This document shows positions 48,310-57,793 of a DNA stretch of 58,670 bases, piece after piece. The DNA comes from an uncultured Chloroflexia bacterium (GTDB taxonomy: Bacteria; Chloroflexota; Limnocylindria; Limnocylindrales; CSP1-4), in contig CAVVCZ010000012.1 of assembly GCA_963746845.1 (NCBI GenBank), positions 1 through 58,670 of the forward strand. Direction: 5' to 3'. Each line of letters begins with the position of its first letter. Positions within the stretch are counted from its first letter, which is position 1. The position numbers and the translations under genes were made by a program. The notes beneath the pieces were generated by a model. It saw only the letters and a list, made by a program, of their open reading frames with translations, was not told the origin of the DNA and ran no database searches.

Positions 48310-48879
48310 GTGACGCGCAACCCGCCTCCGGACGGCGTGACCCGCATCCCGCCTCCGGTCGATCACGCCCCAGGCGTCACCTACCACGAGTGGCGCTGGG
48401 GCTCGGACGAGCAGCGCCGGCCCGGGCTGCCGTGGATCGGCGTCTTCCTGGTCGTGTTCGGTGGCCTGCTCCTGGTCGAACAGGCGTTGCCGCAGTACCG
48501 CGGCCTGGGCAACATCGCCATCCTCGCCGCGGGCATCGCCTCGCTGATCGTCTGGGCGATCCGGCGTGGCACGGTCGCGCTCTATGCCGGCGCCTTCCTC
48601 ACCGCCCTGGCCGCACCCGGGACCTACGAAGCGGCGACCGGCACCAATCTCGGTCCCGGCTGGGGGACGCTCTGCTTCGGGCTCGCGTTCCTGTTCATCG
48701 CCGCGGTCCGCGCGGTGCGCGGCGGCGGATGGGGCTGGCAGCTGATGTGGGGCTCGATCCTCGGGCTGCTCGGTGCCGTCGAGATCCTCCAGCCGGATAT
48801 CTCCGGGATCGCGTTCCCGCTGATCCTCGTCACGATCGGCATCCTCCTGCTGGTCGGAAGCCGCAACCGCGCGACCTGA
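48310..48879 (+). CDS. Multi-TM membrane protein, function unknown
   Basis: About six hydrophobic segments; GTG lies 7 nt after TAGACT. Confidence 0.7.
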   Translation: MTRNPPPDGVTRIPPPVDHAPGVTYHEWRWGSDEQRRPGLPWIGVFLVVFGGLLLVEQALPQYRGLGNIAILAAGIASLIVWAIRRGTVALYAGAFLTALAAPGTYEAATGTNLGPGWGTLCFGLAFLFIAAVRAVRGGGWGWQLMWGSILGLLGAVEILQPDISGIAFPLILVTIGILLLVGSRNRAT

Positions 48880-48897
48880 GCCCTGGTCCGACGCGGG

Positions 48898-50260
48898 TCA
48901 GCCGAGCGTCGCGGCCCCGTCGCGGTCTCGACCGCCCCGCCGACGACGTCCGCGATCCGTTCCAGCTCCGCGTCCGTGACGATGAACGGCGGACCGAGCA
49001 GGATCGTGTCCCCGTCGATGCCGTTCGCGTTGCCCGTTCCCGAGTAGACGAGGACGCCGGCGTCGCGCGCGGCCCGGACCACCCGCTCGGTGAGCCGATC
49101 CGCCCGCGGGAACGGTGCCCGCGTCGAGCGGTCCGCGACCAGCTCCAGCCCGACCATCAGCCCGCGGCCGCGGATCTCGCCGAGGTTCGGATGCGGGGCG
49201 AGCCGCTCGTGGAGCAGGTCGGCCAGCCGCTCGCCCTTCGTCCGGCTGGCCTCGACGAGCCGCTCCTCCTCGAGGATGCGCAGCACCTCCCGTGCGACCA
49301 CCGCGCCGCCCGGTGCGTGCGAGTACGTGAACCCGTGGACGAACCCACCGGCGCCGACGACCGCGTCGTGGATCGCGCCGGACGCGGCCACGAACCCGAA
49401 CGGCCAGTAGCCGGACGTCGCCCCCTTCGCGGCGACGAGGATGTCGGCGGTCACGCCCCAGTGATCGAGCCCGAACCACTCGCCCGTCCGGCCGAAGCCC
49501 GTCATCACCTCGTCCGCGATCGAGCAGCACGCCGTGGCGCCGGCAGACCTCGGCGATCCGCGGCCAGTAGTCGTCCGGCGGCACGGCGGCGGCGAGGGTA
49601 GCGCCGACGATCGGCTCGGCGACGAAGGCCGCGACGCGTCGCCGGTCCGGCCTGCTCGATCGTCCGCTCCAGCTCGGCCGCGAGATCCGCCCCGGAGCCG
49701 AGAGCGTGGGCGTCGGCCTCGCCAGCCCGGTAGGGATACGCGGTCGAGACGTGGCGGAACCGGCCGAGCCAGCCCTCGTAGGGCCGGCGGAGGGGGCGGC
49801 GGCCGGACAGGTCCAGGGCACCGAGCGTGTTGCCGTGATAGCTCCCCCACCGCGAGATCACGATCCAGCGGTCGGTCTCGCCGCGGGCGAGGTGCCAGGC
49901 GCGGCTGAGCTTCAGCGCGGTCTCGATCGCCTCCGAGCCGCCGCTGACCGGGTAGATGAACGGGTCCGTGACCGGCAGGTGCGGACCGATCTCGGCGGCG
50001 TAGGCCTCGAGTGGCTCGGTCGTGAACGTCGAGCCGTGGGCGTATGCGAGGCGGCCCAGCTGCTCCCCGAGGACCCGGGCGATGGACGACCGCCCGTGAC
50101 CGACGTTGACGACGATCGCGCCGCCGGCGGCGTCGAGGTACTCGCGTCCGGCGGCGTCCCGGATCGTGGAGTCATGTGCCTCGACCGCGACCGGCAGCTC
50201 GGGGTCCAGCGAGCGGCGAAAGACGCGGCCGCGCGGCCGCGATGGATCGTTTTCGGGCAT
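48898..50260 (-). CDS. Class III PLP aminotransferase, frameshifted (about 49642, about 49521, probably also about 48915)
   Basis: YLDAAGG, GGSEAIETALK, SYHGNTLGAL | AAFVAEPIVG | IADEVMTGFGRTG, AKGATSGY, HGFTY, RGRGLM, distributed over three frames. Confidence 0.85.
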
Positions 50261-50445
50261 CCGGCGGATTGTAGGCGGGGGTGTGGACTGGGGTGTGGAC
50301 TGGGTGGGTCGCCCAGAACGTTGACGAAACGCAACGAAATGGCCAAGACAGGGTCGGCCATTTGACCCGACAATGGGTTGACTGGGCGCGCGACCGGTAA
50401 GACGCTAGCCCGAATCTCCTAGCCTCCTGTAGTACGAATGGGGTA

Positions 50446-53109
50446 GTGGTCGTGCCGTCACCCACCTCTCGCACGCTGGCGCTGTCGTTCGCGCGCTCGC
50501 GCACCCGCAACCGGGCCTTCGCCCTGCTCGCGGCGCTCGGGGTCATCTGGCCCCTGGTGTTCTTCGCGGCAGCGAACCCTGAGCGCGTCCTCGCGCACTC
50601 GACGACTCACTTCAGCGTCGCGGACTTCCCGAGCCCGACAGTCGCCGGAGTCGCTCACAACGTGACGGTGAAGGCTCTGGATACCAGTGATCAACCCGAC
50701 CCCACGTATGACGGCACGGTCACGTTGACGAGCTCCGATGGCCAGGCAGTGCTGCCGAGCCCCGGAACGCTGACCAATGGCGCCGGCACCTTCAGCGTCG
50801 AGCTGCGGACCGCGGGGCCGCAGTCGATCACTGCAACGGACGGCTCCATCACCGGGAGCCAGTCGGGCATCACGGTCACGCCGGGCGCGGCCGACCCAGA
50901 CCACACGACCATCAGCGCGAGCGCGACCTCCGTCACTGTCGACCCGCCCTCGCCGACCGTCACGGTCCGAGCCAAGGATCAGTACGACAACAACCTCACG
51001 ACCGGTGGCGACACCGTGATCCTCCGCCAGCTCGTCGACGGCGTGGCCGGTGGACCGCTGTCTGTCAGCGACCACGGTGACGGGACCTACACCGCGGCAG
51101 TCGCGGACACCCATCCGCGGAACCACAGCATCAGCGGCCGGATCAATGGCGATCCGATCACGACCGGAAACCCAGTTATCGGCTTCACGGTCGGTGCTCT
51201 CGCCTCGATCGTCGTTACGCCGGACTCGAGCAACATCAACGCAGACACGGGGTTCCAGACCTACACGGTCGAGGGGTTCGATCAGTTCGGCAACAGCCGG
51301 GGCGACGCGACCGAAGCCACGGACTTCCAGATCACGAGCGGCGGGAGTTGCACGGACAACAGCTGTGGCTCGCGGACGGCCTCGAGCTATACGGTCACGG
51401 CCAACGACAGCGACTTTGAGGATCTCGCCGCGCTCGTGATCACGCACGGCGCCCCCACCAAGCTCGCCATCACGACACAGCCGGGATCCACGTACACCGC
51501 CGACGAGAACCACATCACGGTCACGGTCAAGATCGAGGACCAATGGGGCAACGTCAATGTTGACGACAACACGTCGACGATCGGCCTGGGCCTGTCCGGC
51601 GGCGATCTCACTGCCGTCCTCGGCGGAGCGGCCCCGATCACCGTCACGAACGGTGTTGCGACATTCTCCAACCTGACTGTTCGGAAGGTCGGCACCGCCT
51701 ACCAGCTCAACGCGACGAGCACGCCTGCCTACACGCCGGCGTCGACGAACGGGTTCGACATCACCCCCGGTGTCCTGGCGAGCTTCACCATCGACAACAT
51801 CACCACGCCGCAGGTTGCGGGCGTCCCGATTCCGTTGACCAGCCATGCGTTCGATGCCTGGGGCAACCTCAAGACTAACTACACCGGTTCGCCGACCGGT
51901 CACCTGGCGACCAACTTCGGCATCTCGCCCAGTGGCACGGGACCGACGGTCCCAGCGGGACTGAGCTGGTCGCTCGGGATCGGGACGGGTTCCGTCACAC
52001 CGTTCGCCGCGCAGACCCTTCGTTCGGTCACGGTGTCCGACACCTCGCCGTCCGTCAGCCTCACGTCGAACACGTTCACAGTCAACCCGAACAACGCGTT
52101 CACCACGGTGTTCAGCGCCACCGGCTTCAATGGGCAGCCGCTGGACACGAAGATCGCCACACCGATCTACAGCGTCTGCGTGCCGTCCGGCGGCACTGCT
52201 CCGTGCGCTCTGTCTCCGTCATCGACGGGCGTTCGCGTCCTCGTCCGGGACCAGTGGGGCAACACGGTCTTGCCGACTCTGATCACGCTGGGCGTCGGAG
52301 CCAGCACCACCGGCCTTGGAACGGCTACGACGTCCAACGGCATTGCGGACTTCGGCAACCAGCCGTCCATCGCAGCCATTTCGTCGCCGACCCTCCGGGC
52401 GCACGCACCGACTGGTTCCGACGGAATCAGTGCGTCATTCCAGATCGCGGTCGACGTCAGCGGATGTGACAACACCCTGTGCAAGAACACCGCGATCGGA
52501 AACCTGCAGAAGGGCTACGACCAGATCACGACCAGCGGGGACTTCTACAACGGCACGACCACGAACGTGCTCCTGCGCACCCAGTTCCTCGGCACGTCCA
52601 GCTTCCCCACGGGTGCCCAGAGCTCGACCAATGGCTGCGGCCCATCCACCCTGGTGAACCAGGGCCAGGAGGCACTCCCCAAGGGCGCCGGCGTCCAGGC
52701 GACGGCGCCGACGACGACGATGCTCATCGTGATCTCGAAGGACTACCTGAAGCAGAAAGGCCTCTACCTCAAGAATCCATTCCAGTTCAGCCTGTGCGTC
52801 GGCGCGACCTGGATCGGTGCCGGCCCGGCTCCTGCCAACGGCTGGATCGGCCACGATCCGAAGCTCCGGCCGGTCGTGACGCACGCTGACGTCAATGGCG
52901 TCTACTGGGCGCTCGCGAACGACTGTTTCGTGTTCCTGCCCAACACGTCCAACCCGTGTATCGCGGTTCGGACTCGGTTCGCCTTCGACGTGCAGAAGTA
53001 CTTCCATTGGACTGCCGCGCAGACCGCCGCCTACATGCAGGATGGCGATCTCGCGTTCATCGTGAAGAAGAACTCCCCGTGGGACGGGAAGGGCGGCGTC
53101 TACAGCTGA
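50446..53109 (+). CDS. Large secreted Thr/Ser/Gly-rich protein with about six Ig-like (invasin/Big-type) repeats and a Cys-rich C-terminal domain
   Basis: N-terminal signal; recurring D-x-[YFW]-[GD]-N turns (KDQYDNN, FDQFGNS, EDQWGNV, FDAWGNL, RDQWGNT). Confidence 0.8.
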   Translation: MVVPSPTSRTLALSFARSRTRNRAFALLAALGVIWPLVFFAAANPERVLAHSTTHFSVADFPSPTVAGVAHNVTVKALDTSDQPDPTYDGTVTLTSSDGQAVLPSPGTLTNGAGTFSVELRTAGPQSITATDGSITGSQSGITVTPGAADPDHTTISASATSVTVDPPSPTVTVRAKDQYDNNLTTGGDTVILRQLVDGVAGGPLSVSDHGDGTYTAAVADTHPRNHSISGRINGDPITTGNPVIGFTVGALASIVVTPDSSNINADTGFQTYTVEGFDQFGNSRGDATEATDFQITSGGSCTDNSCGSRTASSYTVTANDSDFEDLAALVITHGAPTKLAITTQPGSTYTADENHITVTVKIEDQWGNVNVDDNTSTIGLGLSGGDLTAVLGGAAPITVTNGVATFSNLTVRKVGTAYQLNATSTPAYTPASTNGFDITPGVLASFTIDNITTPQVAGVPIPLTSHAFDAWGNLKTNYTGSPTGHLATNFGISPSGTGPTVPAGLSWSLGIGTGSVTPFAAQTLRSVTVSDTSPSVSLTSNTFTVNPNNAFTTVFSATGFNGQPLDTKIATPIYSVCVPSGGTAPCALSPSSTGVRVLVRDQWGNTVLPTLITLGVGASTTGLGTATTSNGIADFGNQPSIAAISSPTLRAHAPTGSDGISASFQIAVDVSGCDNTLCKNTAIGNLQKGYDQITTSGDFYNGTTTNVLLRTQFLGTSSFPTGAQSSTNGCGPSTLVNQGQEALPKGAGVQATAPTTTMLIVISKDYLKQKGLYLKNPFQFSLCVGATWIGAGPAPANGWIGHDPKLRPVVTHADVNGVYWALANDCFVFLPNTSNPCIAVRTRFAFDVQKYFHWTAAQTAAYMQDGDLAFIVKKNSPWDGKGGVYS

Positions 53110-53131
53110 GCCGTCGCCAACCGGAAAACGC

Positions 53132-53160
53132 ACACGCCGCCGGCACCGCCGGCGGCGTGT
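53132..53160. terminator. Shared terminator between the convergent Ig-repeat and cyclase genes
   Basis: ACACGCCGCCGGC-ACC-GCCGGCGGCGTGT, a 13-bp stem with A-rich and T-rich flanks. Confidence 0.75.
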
Positions 53161-53173
53161 TGATTTCGGCGGG

Positions 53174-56100
53174 TCAATCGGGCGTGATCGGAACCTTCGG
53201 CATCGCCACGATCCCCAGCCTGTCTCGCAGCGACGCCAGCTCCTGCGATGCATCGCCCGTTGCGGTGTCCCCCGGGGTGTCTCTCGTGGCACCAACTGCG
53301 AGAGTCAGATCGAGCAGCAACGCGGTCTCGTAGGCGTCTCCGCGTAGTCGCGCCGTCGCCAGGGCGTCGCGCAGCTCACCGAGCCCCTCGTCGGGTGCCC
53401 CAACCTGGACCAGTGCCGCCGCGTGGAGGCGCCGAAGGGCTGGCAGGAAGACGGACCCACCTTCGGTGCGCTCGGCTGCCTCGATCGTCTCCTCGATCCG
53501 CTCCTTCGCGGAAGCCCCTCCCCCCGAGAGCACCGCCAGCTCGCACATGCGCATCGCCGTCGCCAGCGCCTCCCACGCGCGGCCGCCCCGGACGTGCTCG
53601 GCATGCGCGATCTCGAGCTGCTCGGCGGCGGCCTCGAACTCACCTCGCCGTGAGAACAGCTTTCCGAGCTCGCGGCGAGCATCCGCGACGTCCGCGTCGG
53701 CCCCCTGCGATCGCCACACCCGAAGCACGTCACGGAGCAGCGGCTCGGCTTCATCGAGCCGGCCCTGGTCGGAGAGGATCTCGGCGATGTTGTACTTGGC
53801 CAGGCTGGCACCCGCCGTGTTGCCGATCCGATCCATGATCGCGAGTGAGCGCTGATACAGGTCGAGCGCTTCGTTCCAGCGCGACTGCTCCTGGGCGATG
53901 ACTCCCAGGTTGTTCAGGATCAGAGCCTGGTTACCGAGGTCGCCGAGTTCCTCGTACAGCTCGAGCGCCCGGTTCGAATAGATCGCCTTGTCGCTCTGGC
54001 CGCTCTCCTTCAGGGAGAGGTCGAGGAGCTTGTAGGCCTGGGCCAACGCATCCTTGGCGTCCGTCCGCAACGCCTCCGTCTCCGCCTGCTGCGCCAAGGC
54101 GATCGCCTCGGACTGGCGGTTCTGAAAGTAGCGTGTTCCGGCGTTGATCACGAGGAGCCGCGCGCGGATCGCGGATGCCTCCGGGCCGATCCTGCCCTCG
54201 AGCTGGCGGAGCGCCTTGTTGACGCGCAGCGTCGTGAGCCGATATCGGCCCTGTCGGCTCGGCAGGATCGCCTGGCTGATCACCAGCGGCGCAGCGTCGA
54301 AGGGGCCGCCTTTCAGGAATCGCCTGGCTCTTGCCAGCGCACGGTCGGCATCCGGGTATCGGCCGAGGAGCGTCAGGGCCCTGGCGAACCGCTCATAGAC
54401 ATCGACGAGCTCGGGGCCATGCACTGACCGTAGCCGATGGCCGGCCGCGAGCGCCTGCTCGTAGAAGCGCGCCGCGTCGGCGTTGGCGTAGACCTTCATT
54501 GCCCGATCGGCAGCGAGCCGCGTGTATGCCCACGACTTGTCCCAGCGCTGGGCCTCGTGGAAGTGCAGGGCGAGAGACGGGATCTCCTCCTCGACCGACT
54601 CACCCGCGTTCGTTTCGATCGCTTCGGCCACGCGCTCGTGGAGGACGCGGCGGCGCCGATACGGCAGGCCTTCGTACGCCGCCTCGCGAATGAGCGTGCT
54701 CTGGAATCGGAGGCCGCCGGCCCGGTCCGACCTGACGAGCGCGGACAGGCGACCCCAGACCCCGGCGTCCAGGTCCACGTCCGCGCTCACCGCATCCTCG
54801 AGCAGATCGGGGTCGAACCGCGTCCCGAGGACCGCCGCATAGCGGAGGATCATCCGGTCCGTCGGGGCAAGCTGATCGATCTCGCCCGCGATCAGGGCCT
54901 CGACCGAGTCGGGCAGGGACTCGAGCGATCCCGAGGCTCGCATCGCGTCCAGGAGGTCGCGCAGGAATAGCGGGTTGCCGCCGGATCGATCGGCAATCGC
55001 TTCTGCCTCGTGCGGCCGGAGCGGCTCGTCCTCGGTCGCGGCCTCGATCATCTCGATCCGTGCCTCGGGCGATAGCGGTCCGAGCTGGATCAGCGTGCAC
55101 GAAGAGGGATCCGACAGGGCCGAAGTGTCGACGAGCCTGTCCGCAGCGGTGTGGAGCAGGACGAGCATCGCCCGCCGGGAGCCGCGGGCCTGGAAGAGTC
55201 GAAGGAGCAGGTCGCGGGTCGACTCGTCGAGGTGGTGGCTGTCGTCGACGGCGAGGATCGTCGGCCCGGGCAGCGTCTTCGCGAGGAACGTCCATGCCAC
55301 CTCGGCCAGGCGATCCCGGATGAACCGCTCCTCCAGCGCGGCCGTCTCGTGCGTCGGCGGCAGGTCGAGTCCGAGGAGGATGCCGAGCAGCGGGATCCAC
55401 GGGAGGAGGTCGCGGTCGACGCGGTCGACGACCTCGCGCAGTCGGTCCGTGACCTGGCGCGTATCGGCGTCCGGGGTCAGGTCCAGGGCGGCGCGCATCA
55501 CGGCGCGCATGGCGAAGTACGGCGTCGCCGACTCGTACTCCTCGCCACGTGAGCGCAGGACCCGGACCCCGGGCGAGCGGTTGATGACTTCCTCGAGGAG
55601 ACGCGTCTTGCCGATCCCGGACTCGCCGATCATCTCGATCAGGACGCCGCTGCCGATCCGGGTCGATTCGACCGCGTCCATCAGCATCCGCAGCTCGGCG
55701 TCGCGGCCGACCAGCGCCAGCACCGATCGATCGGACTCCTTCGTCCCGATCACGGGCCCGACGATCGACGCGTGCACCGGCTCGGCCTTGCCCTTCGCCG
55801 CGAAGGGTGGGATCGGCGTCGTCTCGAAGACCGTCTTCGACCGGTTGAGGACGATCTCGGTCGAGAGGATCTGGCCGGCCTCCGCCTTGGCCATGACCCG
55901 TGCCGCGGTGTTGATCGCGTCGCCGAAGACGCGGTACGCCCGCCGATACGGCGGCCCGAAGTCGCCCGTGAAGACCTTGCCGGTATTCACCCCGATCCGC
56001 ATCGGGACGGTGCCGGGCTGCTCCATGACCGTCCGCAACGTCCGGAGCATGCGTTCCTCGTCATGCCCGGTGCTCGATGGCGCGCCGGCGGTGAGCAGCG

Positions 56101-57052
56101 CCTTCGCGCTCGACTTGCCGACGTCGGTCTCGTAGAAGGGCACCTCGAACTGGAGGGCCGCCTCCTCGATCTGGCGGATGCGCTCGTCCAGGGCGTGGCC
56201 CAGGGCGGCCGGGCCGAGCTCGGCGAGGAGCCGGTCCGTGTCCATCAGGTCGATGAATGCAGCGGTGATCGTGCGGTGCTCGGGCTCGCTCTTGCGCAGG
56301 AGCACGTGCTGCCGGGTCGCCACGGGGATGCACGAGGCGATGTCGATCGTCGACGTGTCGCCGACATCGGGGGCACGACCTCCCCGGACCTCCGGCGGCG
56401 AGGCGAGGAGGATCGCGGCCTCCTTGCGGGGACCGATGCAGAGCGGGTTGAGCCGCCGCGCGAGGGTCTCGGTGATCCCGATCTCGCCCGCGTCCGCGAT
56501 CGCCTCCATCTGGAGCGTCTCGGTCATCGCCGGGCCGGCGATCAGGAGCTCCCGATGGACGCTGCCCGTGAGGAAGAAGTGGAACGCACCCGTCCCGATC
56601 CCGACGGACATCCGGAGGGTCAACGTCCCGCTCGAGAGGTGGAGCCGCCCGACCCGGTCAATGGTGCGCTGCATCTCCCATGCGGCGCGGCAGGCACGAA
56701 GCTCGTGGTCCGGTCCGTCGAACAGCAGGAGCAGCGCGTCGCCACCCCACTTCAGCAGGCCGGCGCCCCAGTCGTACGCCTCGTCGAGGAGGGCGCGGAA
56801 GACGCCGTCGAGCGTGTCGCGCATCAGCTCCGCGCCAATCTTGCCCTTCCGCGCGAGGCGCTCGGTCAGGGCCGTGAAACCGGAGATGTCGACGAAGACC
56901 AGGGTCGCGTCGAGCTCCCGGTGGATGGCGCCCGGATCCGTCCGCAGCCAGTCGACGACCAGGCGCGGCACATACGCGGTCAGGAACTCGTTGTCCGACA
57001 ACGTCGTCGGACTCGATGCTCCCGGATCCGGGGGACGAACGGACACGGTCAT
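53174..57052 (-). CDS. Tandem class III nucleotidyl cyclase + STAND/AAA ATPase + TPR protein
   Basis: FVDISGFT, KWGGDA (domain 1); RIGVNTG, GDAINTAARVM (domain 2); GESGIGKT, VDD, GGNPLFL; C-terminal TPRs (LNNLGVIA, YNIAEIL). Confidence 0.93.
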   Translation of the reverse strand: MTVSVRPPDPGASSPTTLSDNEFLTAYVPRLVVDWLRTDPGAIHRELDATLVFVDISGFTALTERLARKGKIGAELMRDTLDGVFRALLDEAYDWGAGLLKWGGDALLLLFDGPDHELRACRAAWEMQRTIDRVGRLHLSSGTLTLRMSVGIGTGAFHFFLTGSVHRELLIAGPAMTETLQMEAIADAGEIGITETLARRLNPLCIGPRKEAAILLASPPEVRGGRAPDVGDTSTIDIASCIPVATRQHVLLRKSEPEHRTITAAFIDLMDTDRLLAELGPAALGHALDERIRQIEEAALQFEVPFYETDVGKSSAKALLTAGAPSSTGHDEERMLRTLRTVMEQPGTVPMRIGVNTGKVFTGDFGPPYRRAYRVFGDAINTAARVMAKAEAGQILSTEIVLNRSKTVFETTPIPPFAAKGKAEPVHASIVGPVIGTKESDRSVLALVGRDAELRMLMDAVESTRIGSGVLIEMIGESGIGKTRLLEEVINRSPGVRVLRSRGEEYESATPYFAMRAVMRAALDLTPDADTRQVTDRLREVVDRVDRDLLPWIPLLGILLGLDLPPTHETAALEERFIRDRLAEVAWTFLAKTLPGPTILAVDDSHHLDESTRDLLLRLFQARGSRRAMLVLLHTAADRLVDTSALSDPSSCTLIQLGPLSPEARIEMIEAATEDEPLRPHEAEAIADRSGGNPLFLRDLLDAMRASGSLESLPDSVEALIAGEIDQLAPTDRMILRYAAVLGTRFDPDLLEDAVSADVDLDAGVWGRLSALVRSDRAGGLRFQSTLIREAAYEGLPYRRRRVLHERVAEAIETNAGESVEEEIPSLALHFHEAQRWDKSWAYTRLAADRAMKVYANADAARFYEQALAAGHRLRSVHGPELVDVYERFARALTLLGRYPDADRALARARRFLKGGPFDAAPLVISQAILPSRQGRYRLTTLRVNKALRQLEGRIGPEASAIRARLLVINAGTRYFQNRQSEAIALAQQAETEALRTDAKDALAQAYKLLDLSLKESGQSDKAIYSNRALELYEELGDLGNQALILNNLGVIAQEQSRWNEALDLYQRSLAIMDRIGNTAGASLAKYNIAEILSDQGRLDEAEPLLRDVLRVWRSQGADADVADARRELGKLFSRRGEFEAAAEQLEIAHAEHVRGGRAWEALATAMRMCELAVLSGGGASAKERIEETIEAAERTEGGSVFLPALRRLHAAALVQVGAPDEGLGELRDALATARLRGDAYETALLLDLTLAVGATRDTPGDTATGDASQELASLRDRLGIVAMPKVPITPD

Positions 57053-57202
57053 GGCGATTTGGGTAGCCCCACTCGAGCGCCACTGGGAACCCGACCATAC
57101 AGGGTTGCCCACATTCCGAGCAACCGTTTACATCGCGAGCGTTGCACAACGGCGACTCTGGAACGTCGTGGCGCGCGGCGGTGTATGTCCTACGGTTGAA
57201 GG

Positions 57203-57793
57203 GTGGAGGGCCGTCCACTGACAGACGACGGGCGGCGCACGGACGCCGAGCTGATCGAACGAGCGCGGAGAGGCGACATGATGGCCTACGAGTCGCTCGT
57301 TCGGCGCTACCAGGACGCGGCCGTGCGCACGGCGCACCTGTTCGCGCCGGACGGCGATGCCGAAGACGCGGCCCAGGAGGCCTTCGTCAAGGCCCATGCG
57401 GCACTCGGCCGGTTCCGCGACGGTGCGCCGTTCCGGCCGTGGCTCCTGCAGATCGTCGCCAACGAGGCCCGCAACCGCCGACGATCGGCCGGTCGACGAG
57501 CCGCGCTCGCCCTCCGGGCCGTCGAGGACCGCCGGCCGGGTGATGCGGCCCCATCGCCCGAGTCGGCGGTCCTCGACCGCGAGGAGCAGGAGTGGCTGCT
57601 CGCCGCGATCAACGACCTCGGTCAGGACGACCGCGAGGTGATCGCGGCTCGCTACTTCCTCGAGCTGAGCGAGGCCGAGATGGCCCAGGTGCTCGGGCTG
57701 CCGCGCGGCACCGTCAAGTCCCGGCTGTCGCGCGCGCTCGGACGGCTGCGCGGCCGGCTCACCCCTGACGATGCGGGAGCCGGTGATGACTGA
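57203..57793 (+). CDS. ECF sigma factor
   Basis: DAELIERARRGD..AYESLVRRYQ, AEDAAQEAFVKA, FRPWLLQIVANEARN, GTVKSRLSRAL. Confidence 0.93.
   Translation: MEGRPLTDDGRRTDAELIERARRGDMMAYESLVRRYQDAAVRTAHLFAPDGDAEDAAQEAFVKAHAALGRFRDGAPFRPWLLQIVANEARNRRRSAGRRAALALRAVEDRRPGDAAPSPESAVLDREEQEWLLAAINDLGQDDREVIAARYFLELSEAEMAQVLGLPRGTVKSRLSRALGRLRGRLTPDDAGAGDD

Noticed and set aside
50278-50301. DnaA boxes / replication origin
   Set aside because: TGTGGACTG differs from TGTGGATAA at three positions, there are only two copies, and no dnaA or unwinding element is nearby.
57120-57143. Autoregulatory ECF promoter GCAAC...CGTT
   Set aside because: Spacing is one base short of the usual, and a leaderless TACGGT explains the start; too weak to call.
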